Source: a virus (lineage: Duplodnaviria; Caudoviricetes). From it: 64,000 nt of DNA. The position numbers were made by a program, and so were the translations under genes. Below the pieces are notes generated by a model that saw only the letters and a list, made by a program, of their open reading frames with translations, was not told the origin of the DNA and searched no databases. How positions within the stretch are numbered: position 1 is the first letter of the stretch; every line of letters starts with the position of its first letter. Of this stretch, positions 20,878 to 30,383 are shown one piece after another. The stretch is taken from IMG/VR virus record IMGVR_UViG_3300034062_005355; one strand, written 5' to 3'.

Positions 20878-21452
20878 ATACAGATACCACCACAATCGAA
20901 AAAGTTCAAAACTACACAGGAAAAAATTCTTTCATTGCGAAAATGAAAGATACCATCAATAAGTATGGTAAATTAACTCCAAGACAAGAAGAAGCGGTTG
21001 TTAACATCTTCCAAAGAGAAGAGAACGAAAGAACCGTTCAGATGAATTGGCCAACTCCAGGTGAGACTTTGATTATCGGTCGTAATGTTGGTCAAGACTT
21101 GAAAGAAACCTACGGATTGGAATTTAATCCTGTATTGATTGACATCACCCGTTTATTGTCTGTTAGTCCAAAGGCAATCAAGTTCTCAGGTAAGATGACC
21201 GTTAAACGTGGTAACCTTTGTGTGTGTTGTGGACGTGAATTGACCGATGAGTTCTCAATGTTAACCAAAATGGGTAAGACATGTGCAAGACACATGAAGA
21301 TGGAATACATCAAAGACAGGTCTGAGGTTGAACGTTTCCGTCAAGATTACTTGAATCGTGTTGATGAGATTGGTGAATTTGAATTTACAATCCCAAAACG
21401 CCAAATCAGAAAGTGGGAAGGAATGACAGAATCTATCGTGAAAACAATTTAA
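20871..21452 (+). CDS. hypothetical early protein with CxCC...C (possible Zn-binding) motif
   Basis: LCVCCGRELTD...GKTCARH. Confidence 0.65.
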   Translation: MTNTDTTTIEKVQNYTGKNSFIAKMKDTINKYGKLTPRQEEAVVNIFQREENERTVQMNWPTPGETLIIGRNVGQDLKETYGLEFNPVLIDITRLLSVSPKAIKFSGKMTVKRGNLCVCCGRELTDEFSMLTKMGKTCARHMKMEYIKDRSEVERFRQDYLNRVDEIGEFEFTIPKRQIRKWEGMTESIVKTI

Positions 21453-21505
21453 AAAAAAGAATCCTCAACCTTGAAAAGCTGGGGATTTTTTCTTATTATT
21501 GTACC

Positions 21506-21712
21506 ATGAGTTATATAATTATAAAAATGGTCAAAAATTTGGTTAGGTCAACCGAATTACCAGTAATCATCTTAGATGGTGAAGGAGAAGTATTAGAATT
21601 TGATACAATAGAACAAGCGGAAGATATGAGAAGCCGTTTTGAGATTAATTCAGATTCAGGTTACAAGTATAGAATTAAAAAAATAGGTGAACACCATGAT
21701 ACAATTACATAA
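21506..21712 (+). CDS. hypothetical protein
   Basis: Likely start MSYII or MVKN downstream of a terminator. Confidence 0.5.
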   Translation: MSYIIIKMVKNLVRSTELPVIILDGEGEVLEFDTIEQAEDMRSRFEINSDSGYKYRIKKIGEHHDTIT

Positions 21713-22022
21713 AACTGAACAAGAACTTATTGACGAAATCTTAAAAGAATTCAACTTTGAAAAGTGCAAAGTGGTAATGGACCATTTGAATTGGACTTGG
21801 GGATATATTAACCAAGTCCCAAGTATTCAACAATTGAAAGAATCTGCAAGAGATAGAATTGAAAGTGCTATTGAAGGTTTGAAAGGTAGTAAAAAATGGT
21901 CTTATCACCAACCATATATGTCTTCAAGTGGTGGTTTGTGTGTATATGTTTGGAAGAATAGATATGGTCAAATATGCGACATTAAACTTGAGTTTGTCTT
22001 AACAGAATGGGATACTTTTTAA
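21687..22022 (+). CDS. hypothetical protein
   Basis: 111-aa ORF. Confidence 0.65.
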   Translation: MNTMIQLHKTEQELIDEILKEFNFEKCKVVMDHLNWTWGYINQVPSIQQLKESARDRIESAIEGLKGSKKWSYHQPYMSSSGGLCVYVWKNRYGQICDIKLEFVLTEWDTF

Positions 22023-22137
22023 ATATGTGAAAATGATTAATTTAGATTTATCAAAACAATTATCAACTCAATATTAGGGAAATCAACCCTTTCCGCACAT
22101 TGGTGAAGATATCTGAACTTTAATATATTTATTAACA

Positions 22138-22545
22138 ATGAAGGTATGTTTCAAAAATATTGATAATTCAATAACATCAAAACAAATCAATGTTATTAAA
22201 GAGTTTGTTAAATTTGTTCAGACTCATTTACCATTGAAGAAGGATGTTTACATTAATTTTTTACCTGATAGGAGTGTAAAAATGACCACAGGTGTTAGAT
22301 TTCCTAAAGGTGAAATATTTGTGTTAAGTGGCAATAGATTATTGATTGATATTCTTAGAACATTAAGTCATGAATGGGTTCACGAATTCCAACACCAAAA
22401 AATGGGATTAAAAGACAATGCTAAAATTCAAAACATCGGAGGACCTGAAGAAAATATGTGTAATATTTTATCAGGTATTTTTATAAAAAAATTCGACAAA
22501 GAATTTCCAAAATATTCAAATGTATTGTATGGGGAGAATAAATAA
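22138..22545 (+). CDS. small zincin-like (HExxH) protein
   Basis: RTLSHEWVHEFQH...E; TATTTAT upstream. Confidence 0.6.
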   Translation: MKVCFKNIDNSITSKQINVIKEFVKFVQTHLPLKKDVYINFLPDRSVKMTTGVRFPKGEIFVLSGNRLLIDILRTLSHEWVHEFQHQKMGLKDNAKIQNIGGPEENMCNILSGIFIKKFDKEFPKYSNVLYGENK

Positions 22546-22608
22546 AATTACTATAAGATAAATTAATTATCTTATAGTAATTGATTATCTTATAGTAATT
22601 GATTATCT
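22546..22608. repeat. 16-bp perfect inverted repeat plus 18-bp tandem duplication
   Basis: aattactataagataa-N5-ttatcttatagtaatt, then ttatcttatagtaattga repeated. Confidence 0.85.
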
Positions 22609-23103
22609 GAATTTCTCCATTCTTTTTCTAATTAATTCTGCGGTTTCATAATCTTGATCATCGATTGCAGCTTTAAGATATACTTCGCACTCAATTTCAT
22701 TTAATAATTCAATCGGTTTTCCATCAATCTTTCCACCTGATTTTGATTCACCAAGTTCTGATTTGAATCCTGGTTCTACTCCCATAGATTTTTTACACTC
22801 ATCATAGTTACGTCTCCATAACGCAGACTTGTTTGTGTTAAAACAAGACCACTCGCATTTGTATGTGGTATCACCAATTTCAAGATAAATGTTGTATTCA
22901 TTCCAACCAACAACCTTTACCAAACTTTGATTCAACTTTTGTATTGCGTAATATTCTTCACTATCTGTTTTTAGAATTATTTTATCACCAACAATCCAAT
23001 CTTTAAATTCTGATTTTCGTGATTTCAATTGTATGGTGTGATATAAAAATCCAATTAAAACTGCTCCGAATAAACCACCTGTTAAAATTAATAATGTTAT
23101 CAT
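22603..23103 (-). CDS. membrane-anchored protein with C-terminal UvrB/UvrC (UVR) motif
   Basis: N-terminal TM; LKAAIDDQDYETAELIRKRMEK. Confidence 0.65.
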   Translation of the reverse strand: MITLLILTGGLFGAVLIGFLYHTIQLKSRKSEFKDWIVGDKIILKTDSEEYYAIQKLNQSLVKVVGWNEYNIYLEIGDTTYKCEWSCFNTNKSALWRRNYDECKKSMGVEPGFKSELGESKSGGKIDGKPIELLNEIECEVYLKAAIDDQDYETAELIRKRMEKFR

Positions 23104-23145
23104 ATTTTTATTATTTAGATTACAAAGATAATTGTTTTTTTAATA

Positions 23146-23451
23146 TTATTCTTCTTTTTTATTTAAACGTTTGTAAACCTCATCCTCAACTCTAACTAAA
23201 AAATCAATTTCTTTTTCAATCTTACTATCAATTAATCTACCAAATCTTGGCATAATTTCATAAAGATTAGTATAAAATCTTGCTGAGTTAAACTTCAGTT
23301 TTATTTGACTGTATTTAAAACCAGGAATTTTGATTAAGTCCTGAAATACTTCATCCAAATATTCAATAACAGATGGATAACCAATATCCAAACCGTAATG
23401 ACCATCTTCAAGATAATCTTTGTACTTTTCGTTAAATTCGTCTATTTTCAT
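23146..23451 (-). CDS. hypothetical protein
   Basis: Start likely MKIDEF; QIKLKFNSARFY motif. Confidence 0.65.
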   Translation of the reverse strand: MKIDEFNEKYKDYLEDGHYGLDIGYPSVIEYLDEVFQDLIKIPGFKYSQIKLKFNSARFYTNLYEIMPRFGRLIDSKIEKEIDFLVRVEDEVYKRLNKKEE

Positions 23452-23455
23452 AATT

Positions 23456-23713
23456 TTAATCTTCTTCAGGGTTAAATAATTCAAAATGCGTGTTTTCATC
23501 CATTTCTTTCCATCCACCTTCACCATCTTGGTAAGTGAATGCTAAAGTCACGATACAATCACGAAGACCATCCATTTCTTTTTGGATTGAATCTACGTCA
23601 ATTGAGACATGAGAATCCCAAGATTTGTCCTTGATATTCTTATTTAATTTTTCTGCGAGGGAGTTGTAGTTCCTTAACAACTGTCTCCTCAATCCGTCCA
23701 TTGATACTTCCAT
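23456..23713 (-). CDS. hypothetical protein
   Basis: 85-aa ORF. Confidence 0.65.
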   Translation of the reverse strand: MEVSMDGLRRQLLRNYNSLAEKLNKNIKDKSWDSHVSIDVDSIQKEMDGLRDCIVTLAFTYQDGEGGWKEMDENTHFELFNPEED

Positions 23714-23720
23714 TGTTGTA

Positions 23721-24332
23721 TTAGTTTAATGAGTCAGGTAAATAAAGTAAAGTTGGGTTCTTCTTTTGGATATCAGGTACATCACCTTGTAAAGCCATAA
23801 TCTTGTTGAACTCCATGACATCAAATCTACCAGTGATTAGGTGGTAACCACTTTTGGTTGGGATGGCGGCATAGATTTTATTTCCTTCAGGTCTGCATGA
23901 ATTAACAAGTTTCATAATCTTCAACAAGGCTTCTTCACTCTTCATATCAACATCAACAATCCATCTTTTTTCTTGGGTTTTAATTTGACCCACAACTGAA
24001 TCAAATAAACCTTTTTGATTGTGTTGTCCGTTTTGGATACGTTGCGCCAAGTTAACCATCATATTTAATGAAACATCAAAGTGATTTTGTTTTTGAACAT
24101 GAATATATGCACGAGCCTTAAACATCTCACAAAGTTGTTTAATCTCGTCATATCTACGTTCAAGGTGATCAATACTTTCAATACAATAGGTCTTAATGGT
24201 CCTTACCGATTGATGGTTGTCCTTTTCACCTTCAGGTTGGTCTTTCTTTCTTTTGAACACATAAAGCATGTAGAAGTCACCTTCCTTATCAAAGTTCAAA
24301 AGCGGTTTAATTATTTCTAAATTGTTAATCAT
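23721..24332 (-). CDS. possible AEP/primase-polymerase-fold protein
   Basis: WIVDVD plus PTKSGYHLI resemble the AEP DxD and GxH motifs. Confidence 0.45.
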   Translation of the reverse strand: MINNLEIIKPLLNFDKEGDFYMLYVFKRKKDQPEGEKDNHQSVRTIKTYCIESIDHLERRYDEIKQLCEMFKARAYIHVQKQNHFDVSLNMMVNLAQRIQNGQHNQKGLFDSVVGQIKTQEKRWIVDVDMKSEEALLKIMKLVNSCRPEGNKIYAAIPTKSGYHLITGRFDVMEFNKIMALQGDVPDIQKKNPTLLYLPDSLN

Positions 24333-24553
24333 AATTCTGTTGTTGGTTTAAGCCATAATCCTTTTCCAAACATTATTTCTAATATCTTTGGATTAGTATA
24401 TTTAATTTTTTCAAATAAGTCCAATGTTTTTAGTGTATCATGCTTCATCATTTTATAGACTTCATACATTTTAAACATGGGACAAATTTATTAAATTATT
24501 TTTTATTTTCCAATTTAATTTTGGTTTTTTATTTATAATTGTATTTATTATTA

Positions 24554-25150
24554 ATGAAAATCATAATCACAGAAGAACAATTCAGCAGATTCAATAGAAG
24601 TAGTCCTGCATTACAGAATGGGATTAATAAGTATTTGAATCAATACATAGAAGGTGGTACTAGAAAGATTGGTAAAAAATCTCGTAATTATGGTAATCTT
24701 AGTGAAGATTGGTGTATTGATGGAAAAAATACAATAAGTGTTTATTATAATTTTGATGTTGACGGTAATTTTAAAGATGGTTATTTATACCTTGATAGAG
24801 AACTTGTAAAAACTATATCTAAATTATTTAGTGTTAAACCAACATATGTTTTCCATGTTATTGAAGAATGGTACCAAGATGTAATGATTCCAAAGTTTGA
24901 ACAAATGGTTGGAGAATCTGGATTATATGTTGATAAAATAGATACATCTGAAAGTGTAGATGATTGTGTTCCTGAACCTGAAAAACCTGAAGGTATTACA
25001 GATGATGAAATGATTGACTTTATTGTTAAAAATACTTTATATTCTAAACCTGAGGTATTACAAAAAATAGAATCTGGTGAAAGAGATCTTGAAGATTTTT
25101 ATTTAGATGTTGTTGATGTTATTAATCGTAAAAAAATAACGGGATTTTAA
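24554..25150 (+). CDS. IITE-leader hypothetical protein
   Basis: MKIIITEEQF; GTATTTAT upstream. Confidence 0.75.
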   Translation: MKIIITEEQFSRFNRSSPALQNGINKYLNQYIEGGTRKIGKKSRNYGNLSEDWCIDGKNTISVYYNFDVDGNFKDGYLYLDRELVKTISKLFSVKPTYVFHVIEEWYQDVMIPKFEQMVGESGLYVDKIDTSESVDDCVPEPEKPEGITDDEMIDFIVKNTLYSKPEVLQKIESGERDLEDFYLDVVDVINRKKITGF

Positions 25151-25151
25151 T

Positions 25152-25460
25152 ATGAAATACATTATTAGTGAAGAACAATTAACTAATGTTGTTAAAAAAT
25201 TCAAAAAAGATGATGTTGATAGAGGTAAATTAGGTCATATTATTGAAAAACTTGTTTTAAGTTATTTTCAAAGGACTATTTGTGATGTGGTTGCTATATT
25301 CATACCTGATTTAGATGATTATATTGTTTTAATCTTAACACCCGATTATTATGGTGAGGAGACCACTACTAAAATCGCACGTAATATTGAAAATTATATT
25401 GGGATTAGTACAAATGTTATAATTACCCAATCACGAGATTGTGATAAGATGGATAAATAA
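25152..25460 (+). CDS. IISE-leader hypothetical protein
   Basis: MKYIISEEQL. Confidence 0.75.
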   Translation: MKYIISEEQLTNVVKKFKKDDVDRGKLGHIIEKLVLSYFQRTICDVVAIFIPDLDDYIVLILTPDYYGEETTTKIARNIENYIGISTNVIITQSRDCDKMDK

Positions 25461-25708
25461 TTTATTCAAATTATTTTTTTATTTAAAGATTTCTACTATC
25501 CTTACAGTCTAAACCATTTTTATAAATTGTTATCTACATATGTCATCTGTAGATGAGACCAAAAAAACAACAGTCAAAAGTATTGGTAAAAAATGAATAC
25601 GGAATGCCAACTGTTAATGGTAAAAGACTCCCTGCGTTCAGAGTTATTTCCAAAGGTAAAAAATAATTATGTATTGTTTGTTAAATCCTTAATTATTATA
25701 TTTGCAAT

Positions 25709-26933
25709 ATGAATAAAGTAATTAACCGATTAATTAATGATGCAACCCAAGGAGTCGATACATATAAAACCAAAGACTCGACATGGCTTATATTTACGGA
25801 AAGTAAAAGATGGGTAATCGAACTCACAAAGGGAGGTACTCTATGGTATAATTATAATTTTTTTCAAGGAATATTGGTATACCTTTCAATGGATGTTATT
25901 GAAAATCAACACTATATTACCAAATGGGTTGAAGATAATGTTATAACTGGGGTGAAACGTATTAATGAGGACTACTCCGAAAATATTGAATTTGTTGAAC
26001 ACACCATTCAAAATGGGGTGAAAGACACCTATTCCAATTATGGTATTGGTATTTTTAGCGCTGATAAAGAAATAGTTGAACACACAATTCAAAATGGGGT
26101 GAAAGACATCCGAGTTTCAACTTATCAAAATACGTTTGCAGTTGAACACATCATTCAAAATGGGGTGAAAGACACCGAAGTCGAAAATTTCGACTTCATT
26201 AAAAGCGTTGAAGATACCATTCAAAATGGGGTAAAACATACCGAATATGGTGATTGGTTAGATGGTGATGAGAGATTTGATGATATCATTCAAAATGGGG
26301 TTAAAAAAACCCTAAGTGTGGAAGAAGGAACATTTACTTCTATTGGTTTTGGTGCTCACGTTGAAGACACATTACAAAATGGGGTAAAATATGTTGGCGG
26401 AATAGGTAATCCAAAGTGGGTTGGGAAAAAAGTTGAAGACACCATTCAAAATGGGGTTAAAGAAACAAAAATTGGTGCGCCTGATAATCGTGATTATTTT
26501 ATTGAAGACGCCATTCAAAATGGTGTTAAACACACTGAAGCTGGTGGTTACTTAGGTTCTATAGAAATGAAAGGTAAAATAGTTCACCAACTTGAATCTC
26601 CAAAACAAAATGAGGAAGTTGAATATGTTATAGAAAATGGGGGTTAAACACACTATTTGTTCAAGTGCACCGTTTGTTTATGGTGTTAAAGATACTTTAC
26701 AACACGGCGTGAAAGAAACTTTTGATAAAACTCATCATAGAAGACGAGAAGTTGTCCGAACTATAAGAGATGGAATTAAAGAAACTTATGACGATACTTA
26801 TCACCATAAAAGTAGGGTTGATGGTGTAATTAAAAATGGGATTAAACAAACCTGTGCTCAGATACCATCAATTCAACCTGTGGTAGAAAGAATACTTGAA
26901 GAAGGTATAATTCAGGACTCACAAGATTGTTAG
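25709..26933 (+). CDS. repeat-array protein, one gene split by a +1 G near 26640 (ORFs 25709-26647 and 26637-26933)
   Basis: VEDTIQNGVKHT-type units continue across the break; the 9th repeat has 5 G instead of 4. Confidence 0.75.
25928..26918 (+). CRISPR. CRISPR-like array of 14 degenerate 36-nt repeats, in frame inside a coding sequence
   Basis: Best copy GTTGAACACACCATTCAAAATGGGGTGAAAGACACC; spacers 30,45,30,30,33,48,36,33,81,30,30,30,30 nt. Confidence 0.55.
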
Positions 26934-27014
26934 AAAGGTAATTCCCAAAATTTTATTTTTTATTATTGATAATTTTTAATATATTTGTAAGACAAATAAT
27001 TAAATAACATCTTT

Positions 27015-27419
27015 ATGGAAAAATTAATGAAAAGTTTTATTAATGAATCTCTTATAGGGACTAGTTTATATTACTATAAAGGTTCAATTTGGGTAATGTT
27101 TTCTGACAGAAACGAATGGGTTATTGAATTAAATCAACATAGAATGTTATTTTTTAATTATGAATTTTTTGTAGAACTATTTAAATATGTGTCTATGGAT
27201 CCCGTTGTAAGTAAAAAATATATTGTTAAATGGGTTGAATCCATGATTAAAAATAAAATTAAAGATTCTTACGAGATTAATGATTGTAATGATCTTGGTA
27301 AAGTTGTATTATTAGCTGAAGAAATAAATTTAGAAGGGATCAGAGGGGTATTAGAAATCAATAATTTTTTTAAAAGAGGATTTGACGATGCTATTCAAGA
27401 TGGTGTTAAACTTACATAA
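27015..27419 (+). CDS. paralog of the 25709 array protein with vestigial repeats
   Basis: Shared W.xF....WVIEL...NY.FF...LSMD...YI.KWVE; ends FDDAIQDGVKLT. Confidence 0.75.
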   Translation: MEKLMKSFINESLIGTSLYYYKGSIWVMFSDRNEWVIELNQHRMLFFNYEFFVELFKYVSMDPVVSKKYIVKWVESMIKNKIKDSYEINDCNDLGKVVLLAEEINLEGIRGVLEINNFFKRGFDDAIQDGVKLT

Positions 27420-27424
27420 ACATA

Positions 27425-27742
27425 TTATGTGTGTTTAATAGTTTTACCTCTATCAACTAGTGATTTAATGTTTGAACTTTTTTTAATTAACTTTAATATG
27501 CTGTTGAATAATGCGGTACTTTCTGGTAATGTGAATTTTGACGGTGATTTTCCATCTCTTTTATTTTCGCAAAATTTCATAACTTCTTTTTTTGCTGAAA
27601 GCATTTTCAGTTTGTCTTTTGCGGTATTCATAATTTCACTACCATATAAATCCAAATAACCTAACACGGCTGAATATAAATCAGACGATGTTTGTTCTGT
27701 TATTATTCTATTAAATTGAGATTCGGTTATAATGTATTTCAT
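27425..27742 (-). CDS. IITE-leader hypothetical protein
   Basis: MKYIITESQFNRIITEQ; TATTTATA upstream. Confidence 0.8.
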   Translation of the reverse strand: MKYIITESQFNRIITEQTSSDLYSAVLGYLDLYGSEIMNTAKDKLKMLSAKKEVMKFCENKRDGKSPSKFTLPESTALFNSILKLIKKSSNIKSLVDRGKTIKHT

Positions 27743-27745
27743 AGT

Positions 27746-28231
27746 TTATAAATATACCTCAGCTCCAATATTAACCATCGATCTAATTTCTTCTTCGGTG
27801 TATTTTTTGGAGATTGGAGTTTCTCTCAACCACAAATCAAGACCAACTGATTTAAGGTTTCCAAGAGATTTAATCGGAGTTCCCTCTAAATACAACTTAC
27901 TTCCAACCGACTCAAGATCTCCAAGAGATTCAATTGAAGAATTATCCAAATCAAGATAACCTCCAACCGATTTAAGGTTTCCAAGAGATTTAATTTGTGA
28001 TGCGACCAAAGTCAAATTACCTTCGACCGATTCAAGGTTTCCGAGAGATTCAATCGAAGATTTTGCCAAATACAAATCACCGCTTATTCTATAAGGAGGA
28101 TTATTTCTTTTTTTCAAAAATGATTGTAACATCTTCCATTCATTAAAATGAGCATAAGGAATTGTTAGGATTTCTTCTTCTTCCTGTTCGGATATTAACT
28201 TATATTGTCTCTCGGTTATGATGTATTTCAT
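27746..28231 (-). CDS. IITE-leader leucine-rich-repeat-like protein
   Basis: 20-aa SLGNLESVGGxLxL repeats; paralog of 40201-40659. Confidence 0.8.
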   Translation of the reverse strand: MKYIITERQYKLISEQEEEEILTIPYAHFNEWKMLQSFLKKRNNPPYRISGDLYLAKSSIESLGNLESVEGNLTLVASQIKSLGNLKSVGGYLDLDNSSIESLGDLESVGSKLYLEGTPIKSLGNLKSVGLDLWLRETPISKKYTEEEIRSMVNIGAEVYL

Positions 28232-28279
28232 ATTTTATATATCCTTAACAAAAGTTAAATAAGCTGCAATTTCATTTTC

Positions 28280-28315
28280 GGTGTTTATAACCTTCAAATT
28301 GAATCTATCTTCAAC
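28280..28315 (-). repeat. solitary 36-nt CRISPR-like repeat
   Basis: Minus strand GTTGAAGATAGATTCAATTTGAAGGTTATAAACACC; 2 mismatches to the 44072 repeat; flanks unrelated. Confidence 0.85.
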
Positions 28316-28334
28316 TTAATATTTTTTTTTGACA

Positions 28335-28670
28335 TTAACAATCTTGAGTGTTCTTATTATAGAAGTTTTCAATCTTCTCACCATACATATCCATTAGCTG
28401 ATTAACAAAGGTTTCATAACCAATATGATCGATGATAAAATTTTCTTTATCATCAATCTCAAAATTATCAGGTTCATATTGTTGGATAATATCCATAACC
28501 AAGCTGTCTATATATTTTTCTAATGTGGGGTAATAATCACAAAAATCAATATCTCCATAAAAGTCATCCGCAGCATCAATTATTTGTGATGCTTCACTCA
28601 TAATATCTATTAACCTTCTTTTTAAACTAAGAATTTTATTATACTGAGATTCTGTGATAATATATTTCAT
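28335..28670 (-). CDS. IITE-leader hypothetical protein
   Basis: MKYIITESQY. Confidence 0.8.
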   Translation of the reverse strand: MKYIITESQYNKILSLKRRLIDIMSEASQIIDAADDFYGDIDFCDYYPTLEKYIDSLVMDIIQQYEPDNFEIDDKENFIIDHIGYETFVNQLMDMYGEKIENFYNKNTQDC

Positions 28671-28713
28671 ATTTTATAAATATATATAATCATTTAAATA
28701 TATATATATTATT

Positions 28714-28920
28714 ATGAGAGATGCATTTAAAGTTATAGGTAAACAAATTGACTATATGGATAAGACATGGGTAATAAATGATTTTTATTATGTCCCAACA
28801 AATCCTGACATATATGTTGAATTATTTAATGGGGGTTATAAAATGAACGTAAAGTTAGACGTAATTAAAGATTTAATCACTACGCCATATTCTTTAGAAC
28901 AGATTCAAGAACACCAATAG
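28714..28920 (+). CDS. hypothetical protein
   Basis: 68-aa ORF. Confidence 0.5.
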   Translation: MRDAFKVIGKQIDYMDKTWVINDFYYVPTNPDIYVELFNGGYKMNVKLDVIKDLITTPYSLEQIQEHQ

Positions 28921-29152
28921 AATCTTTATCTTGTTTGGTTTTAACCTTTTTACTTTTTAAGTAAGTTAGAGATTCCAATAGTTCATCTCGTTTGGATGGT
29001 TTTTTAACCTCAACTATTGGTTTATTTGTGGTGCCTGTGATAGATGGTTTGACAGGTTTTTGATCAGAAAACAATGCATTATAAATTTTAATTGATTCGT
29101 CTGTATTACGAACAAATGCGCGAATAGTTAAGAGTAGAAGTAATTTTTCCAT
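28880..29152 (-). CDS. hypothetical protein
   Basis: 90-aa ORF. Confidence 0.6.
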   Translation of the reverse strand: MEKLLLLLTIRAFVRNTDESIKIYNALFSDQKPVKPSITGTTNKPIVEVKKPSKRDELLESLTYLKSKKVKTKQDKDSIGVLESVLKNMA

Positions 29153-29175
29153 ACCACAAATATACGAAAAAGATT

Positions 29176-29493
29176 TTAAATCTCGGTATCTGAAATAAAT
29201 GTTACTATTAACAATTCTGATGAGATATTAACTTCGGGACAAATACTTTTTACTATTTGTGCACATTCTTTGGTGAATGAAGTTAGTATAGTATTACTAA
29301 GAGGCCCGTTATTTTCAAGTTGAGAAAAGAAACTATCTTTAATAAAAATCTTCATATCAAAATTTGGCGCGACATTATGAGTTGTACCTGAAAACGATAC
29401 TACAGGAGAAGACTCAACCAAACTTTTTATTTTAACAACATATGGAAATTCCTTCTTAAGGTATTTCTCAACTAAATCTAAATTACAATTCAT
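29176..29493 (-). CDS. hypothetical protein
   Basis: 105-aa ORF. Confidence 0.6.
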   Translation of the reverse strand: MNCNLDLVEKYLKKEFPYVVKIKSLVESSPVVSFSGTTHNVAPNFDMKIFIKDSFFSQLENNGPLSNTILTSFTKECAQIVKSICPEVNISSELLIVTFISDTEI

Positions 29494-29552
29494 ATTTCTA
29501 TTTTAATAAGTATAATCAAATTATTTAATAAAGACAAAGGTATTTATAAATA

Positions 29553-30383
29553 ATGAACTTACAAGAGAATATAAATAGAATCAAAGAAATGATGGGGGTT
29601 ATTACTGAAGGTAAAGACCCGAAAACAGGAACAGGTAAAAAACCTGAAGGTTCTGACAGAAGATTATATACAGATGAAAATCCAAGTGATACTGTATCAG
29701 TAAAGTTCAGAACAAAAGAAGACATTATTGACACATTAAATAAAGATAGTTTTAAATCAAAACCACATAATAGACAATCTCAAATAATAAATCTTATTCA
29801 TCAAAGAGTAAGAGCGGCTTATCAGAACGCCAAAGACCCTGAAACAAAACAAAGGTTAAAAAGGGCTTATGATTATATTGAAAATGTAAAAGAAAAGTCA
29901 AAGGAAAAGACAATTAGATTACAGAAAGAAGGTTTGGATGATAAATGGACACACGGAGAAGATACGGTTACATTAAAACAATTGTTGAAGATTACCAAAG
30001 ATATTCCTGTAACCAAAATGTCAACTAAAAAACTTATGAAACATGCTCTTCACGGGGATAATCCTGAGGAGATGAAAAAGGTTGACAAGACAAGTTTAAA
30101 ATATCCTGTCCTTGTTTTGGTTAGTGATAAGGGTTTAATCAAATATATTCTTGATGGTCACCATAGAATACAGAAGGCGAACAAGTATGATATCAAAATG
30201 GTCAATGTAAAGTTAATTAAATTCAGTGAACTACCTAAAAACTTTAAAAAAGTTTTGGGTGGAGAGAAAGAAGAACAAACCGAGGGCGAACTAACCGAGA
30301 GGTGTTGGAAAGGATATACTCAAAAGGGTATGAAGACAATGTTTGGTAAGAGATACCCAAACTGTGTAAAGATAAAGAAATGA
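29553..30383 (+). CDS. LQE-leader multi-module protein with ParB-like domain and CWKGY...PNCV tail
   Basis: MNLQENINRIKE; ILDGHHR (ParB/Srx-like); C-terminal RCWKGYTQKG...YPNCVK. Confidence 0.65.
   Translation: MNLQENINRIKEMMGVITEGKDPKTGTGKKPEGSDRRLYTDENPSDTVSVKFRTKEDIIDTLNKDSFKSKPHNRQSQIINLIHQRVRAAYQNAKDPETKQRLKRAYDYIENVKEKSKEKTIRLQKEGLDDKWTHGEDTVTLKQLLKITKDIPVTKMSTKKLMKHALHGDNPEEMKKVDKTSLKYPVLVLVSDKGLIKYILDGHHRIQKANKYDIKMVNVKLIKFSELPKNFKKVLGGEKEEQTEGELTERCWKGYTQKGMKTMFGKRYPNCVKIKK

Noticed and set aside
29540-29552. T4 late promoter TATAAATA on the sense strand
   Set aside because: It occurs here only as part of a TATTTATAAATA palindrome; the recurrent sense-strand motif is TATTTAT.
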